Made by a program: the position numbers and the translations under genes. A model generated the notes under the pieces. That model was not told the DNA's origin and ran no database searches. It worked only from the letters and a program-made list of their open reading frames with translations. A stretch of DNA of 64,000 bases from contig NC_073385.1 in the NCBI RefSeq assembly GCF_028641065.1, forward strand, positions 23,374,001 to 23,438,000, given 5' to 3'. Below are positions 27,491-39,957 of this stretch, one piece after another. Positions within the stretch are counted from its first letter, which is position 1, and every line of letters starts with the position of its first letter. The DNA is from Leucoraja erinacea (Eukaryota).

Positions 27491-27771
27491 TTTCAAAGAA
27501 TAGCCGTGAGTCAACTGCCAGCCCACCAGCCGTGAGTGAGCTGCCAGCACATCAGGCTTGAGTGACTGAGCTGCCACCGCAAGAATCCATTTGGCCCATA
27601 ATGTTCATACTAGCCCTCTGGAAACCAGTCCCTTCAGCCCACAACACCAATACTAGCGCTCCAGAAAGTGCGCCCCCTCCCACCCCTCCACTGGCCACCA
27701 ATATTGGAATTGGTGGGGAGGTGGAATATTGCGTTGGGGGACAAGCCCTCCCATGGGTCTAGTGGGTCTAG

Positions 27772-28997
27772 TATATGTTAATGATTTGGAAGAAGGAATT
27801 AGGAGTGTAGACTTTCAGAAAGCGTTTGATAAGGCCCTGCATGGGAGATTGGTGACTAAAATTAGAGTACATGGTATTGGGGGTAGGGTGTTGACGTGGA
27901 TAGAAAATTGGTTTGGCACACAGCAAGCAAGGAGTAGGAGTGAATGGGTCCTTTTCGGAATGGCAGGCAGAGGCAAGTGGAGTGCCGCAAGGCTTGGTGT
28001 TGGGGCCGCAACTGTTTACCATATATATTAATGATTCGGAAGAGGGAATTAGGAGCAACACTAGCAAGTTTGCGGATGACACAAAGCTGGGTGGCAGTGC
28101 GAACTGTGAAGAGGATGTTAGGAGGTTGCAGGGTGACCTGGACAGATTGAGTGAGTGGGCAGATGCGTGGCAGATGCAGTATAATATAGATAAATGTGAG
28201 GTTATCCACCTTAGGGGCAAAAACAAGGGGGCAGATTATTATCTCAATGGGGTTAGGTTAGGTAAGGGAGAGGTGCAGCGAGATCTGGGTGTCCTTGTAC
28301 ACCAGTCACTGAAAGTTGGCGTGCAGGTACAGCTGGCAGTGAAGAAAGCTAATGGAATGTTGGCCTTCATAACAAGAGGATTTCAGTATAGGAGTAAAGA
28401 GGTTCTTCTGCAGTTTATAGGGCTCTGGTAAGACCACATCTGGAGTATTGTGTACAGTTTTGGTCTCCTCATTTGAGGAAGGACATCCTTGTGATTGAGG
28501 CCGTGCAGCGTAGGTTCACGAAATTAATCCCTGGGATGACTGTCATATGAGGAAAGATTGAAAAGACTAGGCATGTATTCACTGGAGTTTGGAAGGATGA
28601 GGGGAAATTCTTACAGAAACATATAAAATTATAACAGGACTGGACAAGTTAGATGCAGGAAAAATGTCCCAACGTTGGGCGAGTCCAGAACCAGGGGCCA
28701 CAGTCTTAGAATAAAGGAGAGGCCATTTAAGACTGAGGTGAGAAAAAACGTTTTCACTCGGAGAGTTGTGAATTTGTGGAATTCCCTGCCACAGACGGCA
28801 GTGGAGGCCAAATCACTGGCTGGATTAAAGAGAGAGTTAGATAAAGCTCTGGGGGGTAGTGGAATCAAGGGATATGGGGAGAAGGCAGGCACGGGTTATT
28901 GATTTGGGACGATCAGCCATGATCACAATAAATGGCGGTGCTGCCTCGAAGGGCCGAATGGCCTCCTGCTGCACCTATTTTCTATGTTTCTATGTTT
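27772..28997 (+). mobile_element. CR1 3' portion (RT to tail)
   Basis: DFQKAFDK, GVPQG, FADD and (ATGTTTCT)n tail. Confidence 0.95.
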
Positions 28998-30849
28998 TAG
29001 ATAGTAATTCCCCAGTTTGAACTGGCTTCTGAATGCCCAGCCGTCAATGGTAGTTAATGGTAATTATTCATTTAAAAGTTGAAGCAATCTATGCTTCAAA
29101 GACCAGAAATGTAGTAGGTGACTGAAAGACCCACAATGCTTTTGCAGGATGACTCCAAGCAGTAATCGGAGATAGATCAGCCATTCATAAGATCATGATT
29201 CTTCTTCTACCTCTGCACCAATTTTCTGCTCCGATCACATTTCTCTTGATTACCCAAAATAGCTAAAAATAAAATTTTAAGTCAGTGACTGAGCCATAAG
29301 GTCATAAGTGATCATAAGGTCATAAGGAATAGGAGCAGAATTAGGCCAGTCCGCCCATCAAGTCTACTCCGCTATTCAATCATGGCTGATCTATCTCTCC
29401 CTCCTAACCTCATTCTCCTGCCTTCTCCCCATAACCCCTGACATCTGTACTTATCAAGAGCCTCCAAATCCCTTTAGAAAATTCCATCGATTAAAATCCT
29501 CTGCATGAATAATTTTTTTAAATCTCTGAATTTAATGGTCATCTCCTTATTTTGATAGTGATTCCTGATTCTAAACATCACAACTGAGCTCAATATTTTC
29601 TCTGCATCTATCTGCCAGGCCTCCTTAGAATGTTGCACACTTCTCAGAGATCAGTATAGTCCTGATCAGTTTAAAATGATTGTCCAAGTTATCAATCTGG
29701 ACAATTATGCCACAAGGGGCAGGTGGTATGACACAGTACAAGTGAATTGAACATTTTGCAAGAAAATGACCAGAGTTTTGAACACCAGGGTTGGATAGAA
29801 CCTCAGCACACAATGGAGATTGGAATTCCACATGAGGCACAACATTCCTTCCACCATTAAGATTTGATTCTCCCAAGTGAGCTGCCATATGAGATCCCTG
29901 CAAGAAAGCCCATGCATGCAAAGAATTAATGGACAACTGAAAATTACAGAAGCTGCAATTATGGAACCATTGTTATCAAAAGTGGCTGTGATATTTGAGG
30001 AGTGGATAGGGCATTTTTCATTATAGTGGAGAGGTGTCTTTAGATTTGGGTTCCATGCTTGACTTGGTATTAATGTGCTGCCATGATATTGGCCAAGGGA
30101 CTGCCTGGGAGACTTTACCATGGTTTGGAAAGTGATTAGCAGGTGTAGATTGTCAAGTCTGCCTCCATACCAGTGATGTTCGCTCAGGAATTAGATACAG
30201 CACTTTGGCCACATTCAGACAGGAACTTTCAGCTCTCAAGTTTTAAAATTTTCCACGATAGCAGAGAATGGAGCCAAAATAGATGCAAATGGAGTAAATG
30301 AGGAATGTCAATTAGCATACAGTGACTTAAAGTATTCAGTGAATCAAATTAGTAATGGTCTCAGTGGAAACCAGCAGACTGCAGAATGGATGTATTTTTC
30401 TTACTGACATATTTTATGGGTAGGCATGCACATCTGTTTGCCTGCCGGACAACACAATGCACTACACCAGAAGAGCACACGATATATATATAATACGGCC
30501 CCTCAACAGAACCGCCGGCCAGAGGTGGGCATGTTCTGTCCCCTTACCGATTTTACAAGCACGGACAAAACGCGGGGAAAATATAAACATAAGGAAATAT
30601 AATAAACATAAAGGCATGAAAGTGGAACATTGTCATTAGAAGGGCATAACAAGGTATACACTGGAAACAAATAAGAAACATTAGTGAAACTTAATTTCTA
30701 TGACCACATTTCACAAGGGGCGTCCCTAACTTTAATTAACTAAAATTGGTGCAAAATATCCAATCAGGTAGAAGCCCTTTTTCAACATGACATTGGGGGA
30801 AGGGGAGATAAGGCTTTCAATAAGTCAACTGATTGCTTAATTTAAACCA

Positions 30850-31400
30850 TGGGCGGCTTAAATGTTCACGAGTGGTTCTTGGCCCACGGAAAGTGCACCC
30901 AGCTCTACAGTTTTAGAGTCAGGCCGCTATCGCGTTTGGGACACGGTACCCTCGCGTTATATTTGGCATTCGTAAACCCTCGAAACTATCTTCTCGGTAA
31001 ACAACCAACTCAAACACGTGCCGATGAAACGGGTGAGGGTGCCCGACCTGTACAAACTGAGTGCAGTTTACAGATGGGCGCCCGGTGCAGATCCAGCTCC
31101 AGTTCCACGCACCCGCCACGGTAACCCCACTTTCATGAAAAAACAAAGATTAAAGAGCATTAAAAAAATGACCTGGCCTGTCACTCGCTTCCAGGCACCC
31201 GATTTGGACGCGACTTATTGACCCGGGCTGTTATCGGTTCCCGGTTTAAAGCTCGTTTCGCCGACCTGCCATTCTAAGTCGCTGCGCGTCTCCGTTGTCC
31301 GGGAGCCATTTTGGTTTCCATGGAACAGTCAGAGGTTAAAGGTCGGCTGGGCAAGTCCTTGTTGAACACGAGAGATCAAGTACACACGGTGTGAGCATCC
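30850..31400 (-). promoter_or_regulatory. CpG-rich candidate LRRC9 promoter / non-coding exon 1 with RFX X-box and YY1 motif
   Basis: Non-repeat CpG-dense stretch upstream of the first coding exon, which has an acceptor, so an upstream exon must exist. X-box-like GTTTCCATGGAAC at 31314-31326 and GCCATTTT at 31305-31312. The exon boundaries were not determined. Confidence 0.55.
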
Positions 31401-31589
31401 AAAGGAAACTGATACTTGCATAAATTACTCGATATTTATTCTAGGGTTTGAACAAATCTGATTCTTGTTAACTGTTCTTGTTGACGTTTTCAAAATTATC
31501 TTTGACGTGACGCTCGATTAAGACCTTCTACATTCCTTGAGTCATAGTCATACCAAAGATGCTCCTCTTGTATCTTTGGTCACATACTG

Positions 31590-32135
31590 CGTGAGTACAG
31601 CCCCCTCGGCCCAACTTGCCCACGCCGATCAACATGTTCTATTGTACACTCGTCCCACCTTCCTGCGCTTGGCCCTTATTTCTCTAATTGCTTCCTAAAT
31701 GTTGAGACAGTCCTTGCCTCAACTACCTCCTTCTGCATACACCCACCATATACCCTTCACTCCTTCCATACAACCACCACCCTTTGTTTGAAAAATTTAC
31801 CCCTCAGATTCCTATAAAATATTTTCCCCTTCACCTTAAACCGATGCCTTCTGGTTCTCGATTCCCCTACTCTGTCTGGTATATTCCTCGCATGATTTTA
31901 TACCTCTATTAGATCATTATTCATCCTCCTGCGCTTCAGGGAATAAGAGTCACAGCCTGTGAATCCTCTCCCTATTAGTCAGACCCCAAGTCCTGGCCAC
32001 ATTCTTGTGAAATCGTCTCTGCACCCTGTCCAACTTGACCACTTCTTTCCTATAACATGGTGCCCGGAACTGAACACAATACTCTAAATGTAGTCTCACC
32101 AACGTCTTATATAACTGCAACATGATCTCCCAACT
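31590..32135 (-). mobile_element. Degraded CR1 3' fragment
   Basis: [18 protein letters not shown] motif. Confidence 0.8.
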
Positions 32136-32371
32136 TCTATAATTCCAGTGGGAAAAAATCCAGCCCACCCAGTTGATGTATACAGCCCTTAATTCCAGGC
32201 AACGACCTATTTAATCCCTTTTGATCTCTTTTCTATTTCTACCACATACTCCTGCAAAGTGACGAGCACACAATATGCAAACCAATGTTTTGTGCAACTG
32301 TAACATTTGTCCCAGCTCTTATATTCAATGCAGAATCATAGAACTGCAGGTGCTGGTTTACAGTAAATGCA

Positions 32372-32622
32372 ACGCCGGAGATCCGGGTTCGATCCCGATT
32401 GCGGGTGCTGTCTGTGTGGAGTTTGTTCGTTCTCCCCGTGACCTGCGCGGGTTTTCTTCAAGAGCTTTGGTTTCCTCCTACACTCCAAAGACGTAGGTTA
32501 ATTGGCTTGGTAAATGTAAACATTGTCCCTAGTGGGTGTGGGATAATGTGCGGGATCGCTGGTCGGCACGGACCCGGTGGACCGAAGGGCCTGTTTCTGC
32601 GCCCTATCTCGAAACTAAAATA
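32372..32622 (+). mobile_element. V-SINE, 5'-truncated, within a PLE 3' fragment
   Basis: B box GGTTCGATCC and V-domain as in 1911-2219. Confidence 0.85.
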
Positions 32623-33642
32623 ACTCAATTAGTCAAACAGCATCCCTGGAGAACGTGGATGGGGTGGCATGTGAGTCGGGAGCCTTCCTGACCTGAAATG
32701 TCACCTAGCTATGTTCTCCAGAGATACTGCCTGACTTGCTGGATTTCTCCAGCACTTTGTGTCAGTATTCAATGCATTGGCCAATGAACGCAAGCATACA
32801 TTATTAATGCCTTTTTCTGCATTCTATCAACCTTTTGCGACTGTTGGGCTATGGATTTCTACCCCAAAGTTTCTCACTATGTTAATGCTGCTAACGTCCC
32901 TACCATTTACTCTACATTGTCCTATCAGAATTTAACTTTCAAATGTGCATTACTTCACGCTTTACAGCTGATCTACATTCTGCTGTATTCTGGACAACCT
33001 CTGCAACCTACGATTCCATAATTTTCATGACATCTGTAAACTCGCTAAACATATCACCCTAGTACTCATCCAAGTCATTATATTTTATATTACAAAAAGA
33101 CAAAGATTTTATATTACAAAAAGACAAAGCTGCAGTACACTATTTGTTACAGACTTCCTCTAGAAAAATACCCCTCCACTATAAACTAGATCACCAAATC
33201 TGTTTTGGGTCCAGTTTGCCAGCACACATTGGATCCTTTAGGCTTTAACTTTCTGAACCAGCCTACCAAGTGGGAACTTGTCTAAAGGTTTCTATAAACC
33301 ATATTTACCACTTTATTATAATCAATTTTCTTATTTACTACCTCAACAAAAATACAAATTTCGAGACATAATCTCCCCTCGATAATACCATGTTGACTAT
33401 TCCTAATCAGCCCTTTCCTTTTCAAATGAACATGAAGTCTGTCCTTCACTCTCCTCTCTAACAACTTTCCTATCACTGATGTAAGACCTGCTTTCATTGG
33501 GAGCCTTAGTTTCCAGGTTTATCCCAAAAGCAACACATGATAGAGTGAGGCCAAGATGGTCGCAGGATTTTAAGTTGTACAAGGTCATCCAGTTGAAAGG
33601 TTCATGAGAGTGAATAGAATCAGAGAACATAAACAGAGGACT

Positions 33643-33811
33643 TCCCCTCCCCTTCCCAGCTCTCCCACAGCCTACTGTCCCCGCCTCTTCCTTTCTTTCC
33701 CCCTCCCCCACATCAGTTTGAAGAAGGGTCTCGACCCGAAACGTCGCCTATCCCTTCGCTCCATAGATGCTGCCTCATCCGCTGAGTTGCTCCAGCTTTT
33801 TTTTCTACCTT
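33643..33811 (+). mobile_element. Penelope-like 3' end with hammerhead-like core
   Basis: TTGAAGA-agggtctcgaccc-GAAACGTC at 33718-33745. Confidence 0.8.
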
Positions 33812-33959
33812 ACATAAAAATGAAAGATAAGAGTAGTTAAAGGGAGGGAACACAAGCAAAGGAAAACAAATACAATGAAATGCAAAGGTGAAGGAAATGT
33901 GCAGTAGGTCAGATTGCGCTAATCAAAAGATATGGAATGGCATCGGTCCCATAACAAAT

Positions 33960-34345
33960 CAGTCAGTTCTGATACAGAGAAAGCGAGTTGCCTTAAGTTG
34001 TAAAATTCAACAATGAGTCTGGAAGGCTGCAATCTGCTCGGGGAGAAGATGTGTGTTCTTACAGTGAATATTATAACAGCGTAGTAGGTCACTCAAAGAA
34101 AGTAAGAGTGGGATGGAGAATTAAAGTGACAGAAAACCAGAAGGTCAGGGATGTGCCTGCAGACTGATCTTCAGGGCTCTGCCATGTTGTCAACCAATCT
34201 ATATTTGGTTTCTCCAATGTAGAGGAAACCATATTTTAGGAATTGGAGAAAGTGCAAGTGAATTACCATTTCACCTGGAAGGACTTTTTGGGAGACTGGA
34301 TGTTGGGAAGGGAAGATGTAAAAGGCCATGTGTTGCATCTCCTGT
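33960..34345 (-). mobile_element. Degraded Penelope-like GIY-YIG fragment
   Basis: LYIGETKYRL motif. Confidence 0.65.
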
Positions 34346-34927
34346 GGTTGAATGGGATTGTTTTTGAAAAGGTGATGGAAGAGCAGACGCAGAGAGTAAC
34401 AAAGCAAGTTATTCATATAGAATGCTGAAATTAAGGGAGGGGGAGGGTGGGCCTGGTTGTGCAATCTGGAGGCCCTCTTCTTGTGCTCCTCTTTGTCTAA
34501 TTTATCCTGCTAAGTAATTCTCATCAGTCCTCAACAAGCATGGTCTCTCTCAATATATTTGTTCTCCCTCAACATTCCCACATCTGGCTTCTTATTATAT
34601 GCATAACTCCGTTTATAACCATTCATTGTTCTATGTCCAGCAAGTACAATGGGTCCTTTTTAAAAATTTAAGCAAACAGTTCCAGGAAATACCTCCTGGG
34701 GTCACTGTTCAAATCCAAAACCTGCTTTGCTTGCAGGATTGAATATTACCAGAGAATCAACAACTGCTGCAATTTTAACATTGCCAAATTGCATCCCAGG
34801 GCACTTCTTGGAAACGTTACCAAACAACATTCGAGAGTGAGCCAGAAAATGAGTTATTACATTAAATTACCAAAAGACTTGGTCAAAAATGGAAGTATAG
34901 AGAGTCATAGATGTTTAGAGATGGAAT

Positions 34928-35420
34928 TCAAGAGTCAAGTCAAGAGAGTTTTATTGTCATGTGTCCCAGATAGGACAATGAAATTCTTCCTTGCTGCAGC
35001 ACAACAGAATATGTAAACATAATACAAAACGGAAGATAAAAGTTCAGTGTGTCTATGGACCATAGACCATATATACACAATAAATAAACAGATATAATGC
35101 AATAATAATAATAGACTGTTATTGTTCAGAGCTTATTTAATGGTGTGTTTAATAGCCTGATGGCTATGGGGAAGAAGCTGATCCTGAACCTGGATGTTAC
35201 AGATTTCAGCCTTGTGTACCTTCTTCCCGATGGCAATGGTGAGATGCATGTGTGACCAGGATGCTATGGGTCTTTGATGATGTTGGCAGCCTTTTTGAGG
35301 CAGCAACTGCGATAGATCCCTTCGATGGTGGGGAGGTCAGATCCGGTGATGGACTGGGCAGTGGTTACAACTTTCTGCAGTCTTTTCCACTCCTGGACGT
35401 TCAAGTTGCCGAACCAGGCC
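34928..35420 (-). mobile_element. Rex1/Babar LINE 3' fragment
   Basis: AWFGNL...LQKVVTTAQSITG...KAANIIKDP and (CTTGA)n-like tail. Confidence 0.85.
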
Positions 35421-36148
35421 AGAACATTCCAGAATGTTGATGGTGGAATTATTAAACTTGGAGATAAGAGGAGGAATGCAGATGTCTGAGGATTATAGTG
35501 CAAAAGGAGATTACAGAAATAAAGAGCTAGGTGGTTTGGGGTTTAAAAAAAAAGACAAGTGTGAGGATTTTAAAACAAAAGTTTTTAAAATGGATGCAAT
35601 GCTGTTGATTCTTATCTATATAAACTTGATCAATAAGGTAAAAATTAATGTGATTTTTTAATACAAAATTAATCTAAATGCTCAGATACCTGTGAGGAAA
35701 ATGCAGTCAGTTATTGAAAATGCATGAACATTTTCTTTTTTCATTCCCCTGTTCTGAAAACCAATTCATGTATATTACATGGCTGAAACTTTTATGAAGC
35801 AGAAATGTTAAGCGTTTATTAAATTAGTTGGCACAGTTGGGCTATAGCATTTAGCCAATGCACTATTGCCAACGTGCTGTCCCAAAGTGGGAAGTTTGGG
35901 TCCATGAATAAAAATACTAATTGGATACATTGATTATGTGGATACTCTAATAAATCCAAAGTGTTAATGTTTGTGGACTACCCAACAGTGGGTTCAGCAC
36001 TGCCAGGCTTATTTTCCAAACATCATCCAGCAGGCTTCAAAGAAGCACGGTTTTATTGTGCATAAAGGATGAAACTGCGTGCTTTCTCCTTCCCAGCCTT
36101 GTGTAGATAACGACAGCCCCTGCCTTCACATATGTAAGCAGAAACTAA

Positions 36149-36374
36149 TGCCCCTGTCCCACTTAGGAAACCTGAACGGAAACCTCTGGAGACTTTGTGC
36201 CCCACCCGAGGTTTCCGTGTGGTTCCCGGAGGTTTTTGTCAGTCTACCTACCTGCTTCCACTACCTGCAGCCTCTGGCAACCACCTGCAACCACCGGGAA
36301 CCACACGGAAATCTTGGGTGGGGCGCAAAGTCTCCAGAGGTTTCCGTTCAGGTTTCCTAAGTGGGACAGGGGCA
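36149..36374. mobile_element. PIF/Harbinger-type MITE
   Basis: Long TIRs starting TGCCCCTGTCCCACTTAGGAAACCTGAACGGAAACCTCTGGAGACTTTG; TAA TSD on both sides. Confidence 0.92.
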
Positions 36375-38023
36375 TAAGGGTTGCAACTGATCAGTTACGA
36401 TCATAAATTATATTTACCTAAGTATAGAGAGTTTAAAATATTGCCTAAAGTACAGCAAATATATTCAACTATTATGATTACACAATAATCTAAAACATTT
36501 GCACATTTATAACTTTAATAGATGTGCATAATTATCATATTAATATGGAAAGTGTTTCAGATCCCTACAGATGGTTTGGCTTTTACTATTTCGGAACCCT
36601 GAGACATAGTATGGCATAAAATAGAAGATATAAATTATGCAAATGCTTCTAACCTGCTTCCTTTGCCTCCACCACACGGGATTCAAATATAATCATAAAG
36701 GAAAAGCCTGAAGAAATGACCTTCATATATTTTAAAATACATTTAAATTCTGATAAATAATTACACTGATCAAAATTTATTACACATCAATAAAAACATA
36801 TTACTTCCAGGTTCTTGTTATGCTATTTTTTAAAAACATTGTTGCAATTTTTGATGTTTTAATTGATTTTCATGTTGAATTATTTTTTTTTTCGATGAAT
36901 GACACGATTCGACTAAAATTACCCTTAATCAATTCCAAATCTTCATTCTTTGCCAGGTAGACCCTCTGTATCCAAGATATGGACAATGAGTTTGAATTTG
37001 TGATCGGAGCTCTTTTGTCACCAAATTTTAGATTTCAGCAGGAATACAGTATCTCCAGAGGCATTGTTATTTTTCAGTTGGGATATAGTTTTCTTGACTT
37101 CTTGTCAGTCGAGTGCTGGCATTGGTGTTCCAGATGTACTACTATGGAATGAAGTCAACTGCATATTCAAAAGTCAGGACTGTAAATGTACTGGAACAGC
37201 TGAGATTGAGATGCAGCTAATCCAGGTCTTCAACACTGCAGTTGGGATGGTGTATGGTCTGCTAACCTCTGTTGCATTCAGTGCTCTCAGCTATTTCTTT
37301 ATCATTTAAAGTGAATCAATTTGGCTTAAGGTTGACTGCTGGAAAGACAGGGATATCTGCAAGAATCTGAGATGGATTATCTATTTGGCATTTCTGTTTT
37401 GAATTTATTTAAATGTGTTGGTCTTGTCTTTGGCACTCACTATGCAGCGGAGAGAGCCAGAATAAGGTAGTGAGGGAGAGAGGTGAGGCAGGGGCTGGCA
37501 GACAACAGGTGGATCCAGGTGAGGAGGGGTTTACGAGCAAATAGAATCAGGCAAGGAAGGGTAGGAGTGGAGTTGGAAGAGTTGGTTTGTTAATGTCATG
37601 TATATTCAGATACAGCTAAAAACTTTGCATGGTTTCCAGTCAAACCGTGCGATGAATTAGCACAATCAAGTCATTCACCAGTACAAGTAGTGCAAAGTGA
37701 AAACTACCAGAGTGCTGAAGATAGTGTTACAGTGTTATAACGTAACACTATATGCTAGTGGTCACTGGTGGGTGAAAGGTAAAGACATAAGGAGAAAGAG
37801 AGGAATTAAAAACAGATGGAGCTTGGTGGGAGGAGGGGAGGATGAAAACGTGGAAGCATAGACAGAAATTAGAAGGTGATATGTACACATTAGAGACTGC
37901 AGATGCTGTAATCTGATGTGAGGAATCTGGGTGAGCTGAAATTGGAAGATTCATAGCATTGGGTTGGAGCCTTTCCAGGTGATATATGTTGTTCTTGTTG
38001 GCACAGCCTCACCCTGTCAATAG

Positions 38024-38656
38024 AGAAACATAGAAATTAGGTGCAGGAGTAAGCCATTCGGCCCTTCGAGCCTGCACCGCCATTCAATATGATCATGGCT
38101 GATCATCCAACTCAGTATCCCGTATCTGCCTTCTCTCCATACCCTCTGATCCCCTTAGCCACCAGGGCCACATCTAACTCCCTCTTAAATATAGCCAATG
38201 AACTGGCCTCGACTACCCTCTGTGGCAGAGAGTTCCAGACATTCACCACTCTCTGTGTGAAAAAAAAGTTCTTCTCATCTCGGTTTTAAAGGATTTCCCC
38301 CTTATCCTTAAGCTGTGACCCCTTGTCCTGGACTTCCCAAACATCGGGAACAATCTTCCTGCATCTAGCCTGTCCAACCCCTTAAGAATTTTGTAAGTTT
38401 CTATAAGATCCCCTCTCAATCCCCTAAATTCTAGAGAGTATAAACCAAGTCTATCCAGTCTTTCTTCATAAGACAGTCCTGACATCCCAGGAATCAGTCT
38501 GGTGAACCTTCTCTGCACTCCCTCTATGGCAATAATGTCCTTCCTCAGATTTGGAGACCAAAACTATATGCAATACTCCTGATGTGGTCTCACCAACACA
38601 CTGTACAAATGCAGTAGGACCTCCCTGCTCCTATACTCAAATCCTTTTGCTATGAA
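38024..38656 (-). mobile_element. CR1 3' fragment within an old PLE
   Basis: Nearly identical to 5100-5706; flanks resemble minus-strand PLE sequence. Confidence 0.92.
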
Positions 38657-39589
38657 TTGACAAGTCTGAACAGAAGGACTGACAAGTCTGTGGGATCTTG
38701 AAGTGAGTTGAAATAGCATGCAACCTGGAGGCCAGTTCGGCTACGCCTTCTAGTTTTTCTGTTCAACAAGGATCTTGATTCTCTAGCTGAGAGGGATTGG
38801 TGGATCCTAATGGGGAGAATGGTTTCCTGCCAATCCTATTTCCAGAACTGGAAAATTATGCATCCTTTCTTTTATACTTTAGACCTTTTGATAAATTATT
38901 CTGATTGTTACTGATCAATGACCAGTCAAGTAATAGAATGGGAAAAGCAATTTTCCAATATTGCTGGCACACTCTTGAAGGTTTCATTGTCATTATTTTT
39001 TAAATATTTTAATAGAAACTGACCAGTCGATATTTTGCCAGCGGATGAGGAATACAATTTAAGTAAATTGTCTCTTTTCAATTCGTTACAACTATATTTA
39101 TTAATATGCATGAAAACTTAAAATATCCGATAGGAAGCGAATGGTAATCTCGTGTCTTGAACTTTCCACCAAGATATGTGGTGAAAGAGAAAAAAAAACT
39201 CCAACACAGACAAAAGAAAACTACGAAGGGCGTATCGCATATTCCGGTCAAAATTCCATCAGTTTGAATGGGTGGGGCATGAAATGCTACATGTTGTCTG
39301 TTCTAAAACCTGGCTACTATGTATCCCCAAGAAAGAAAATTAAGCAAAACAATAATCATCGCAGCTTCGGTTAGGTAACTGGATTGTTAAATAATTAATA
39401 CACAAGCAATTTCTTGCAGCCAACCGCACGGGTTAACAAATCCATCGCGATTCAAGAATCTTAAATGTGTTGAATCACCTTTAAAGTTTTATTTACAAAA
39501 AAAAAAATCAGAATATGAGTATTTAAATTCTTGTTATAATGAGAATGATTCCCAGCATCCACCTCAATCTTTTAGATCATCCTCCCACC

Positions 39590-39734
39590 GCTGACGTCAG
39601 GGTAGAAACCTTGAACCAAACAAGCCATTTTCACATGCGTACAAGCTCCGGGCTGAGGAGGCGGGGATTAGGAGTTGCACAAAGAGACCAAGTTCTTTAA
39701 AAAGACGCACCTCATCACAATCCACCCTTCCATC
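39590..39734 (+). promoter_or_regulatory. RTN1 proximal promoter: CRE, GC box, TATA-like element
   Basis: TGACGTCA at 39592-39599, GAGGCGGGG at 39658-39666, TTTAAAAA at 39696-39703, in a CpG-rich context just before the ATG. Confidence 0.55.
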
Positions 39735-39957
39735 ATGGCGAGCAACCCTTTCGTCCAGCCGTTTGAAAAGGGACAGTGGAGCGAAGGAGAGGAGCTTGAG
39801 CAAGAGGACTGTCGCGTTGACAGCGGTCCGCAGGCGAGGGCGGTAGTTACTGGCGGGGATGCAGCTGCTGCAACCGAAAGCTGGCGAGCCGAGGTGAAGC
39901 AGCCGCTGGTGCCAGACTCCAGGGGACAGCCTGTTACCAAGGCAACTGCATCCGCAG
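39735..39957 (+). CDS. RTN1: Reticulon-1 long isoform, first coding exon (MASNPFVQPFEKGQW...QPVTKATASA)
   Basis: Strong Kozak ATCATGG and donor CAG|GTAAAG in phase 1. The end PVTKATASAG resembles recalled human RTN1 exon 1 end SPVAMETASTG. RTN1 is head-to-head with LRRC9 in human. Confidence 0.75.

Larger units (their letters stand above)
25796..27771. mobile_element. Compound Helitron-like element with outward-facing CTAG ends
   Basis: Minus-strand 3' end (CTAG at 25796, hairpin 25807-25823) and a TCTATAT 5' end at 26549. An inverted homologous arm at about 27400-27771 ends in CTAG|T. Confidence 0.8.

Noticed and set aside
27067-27577. ORFs with 16-aa repeats and a CRISPR-like periodic look
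   Set aside because: A head-to-tail 48-bp minisatellite with no unique spacers, inside a Helitron in vertebrate DNA.
36920-37155. Possible LRRC9 first exon (KNEDLELIK) or a 57-aa plus-strand ORF
   Set aside because: Wrong phase for exon 2, and a better exon exists at 23650-23703; the region is adjacent to degraded LINE sequence.
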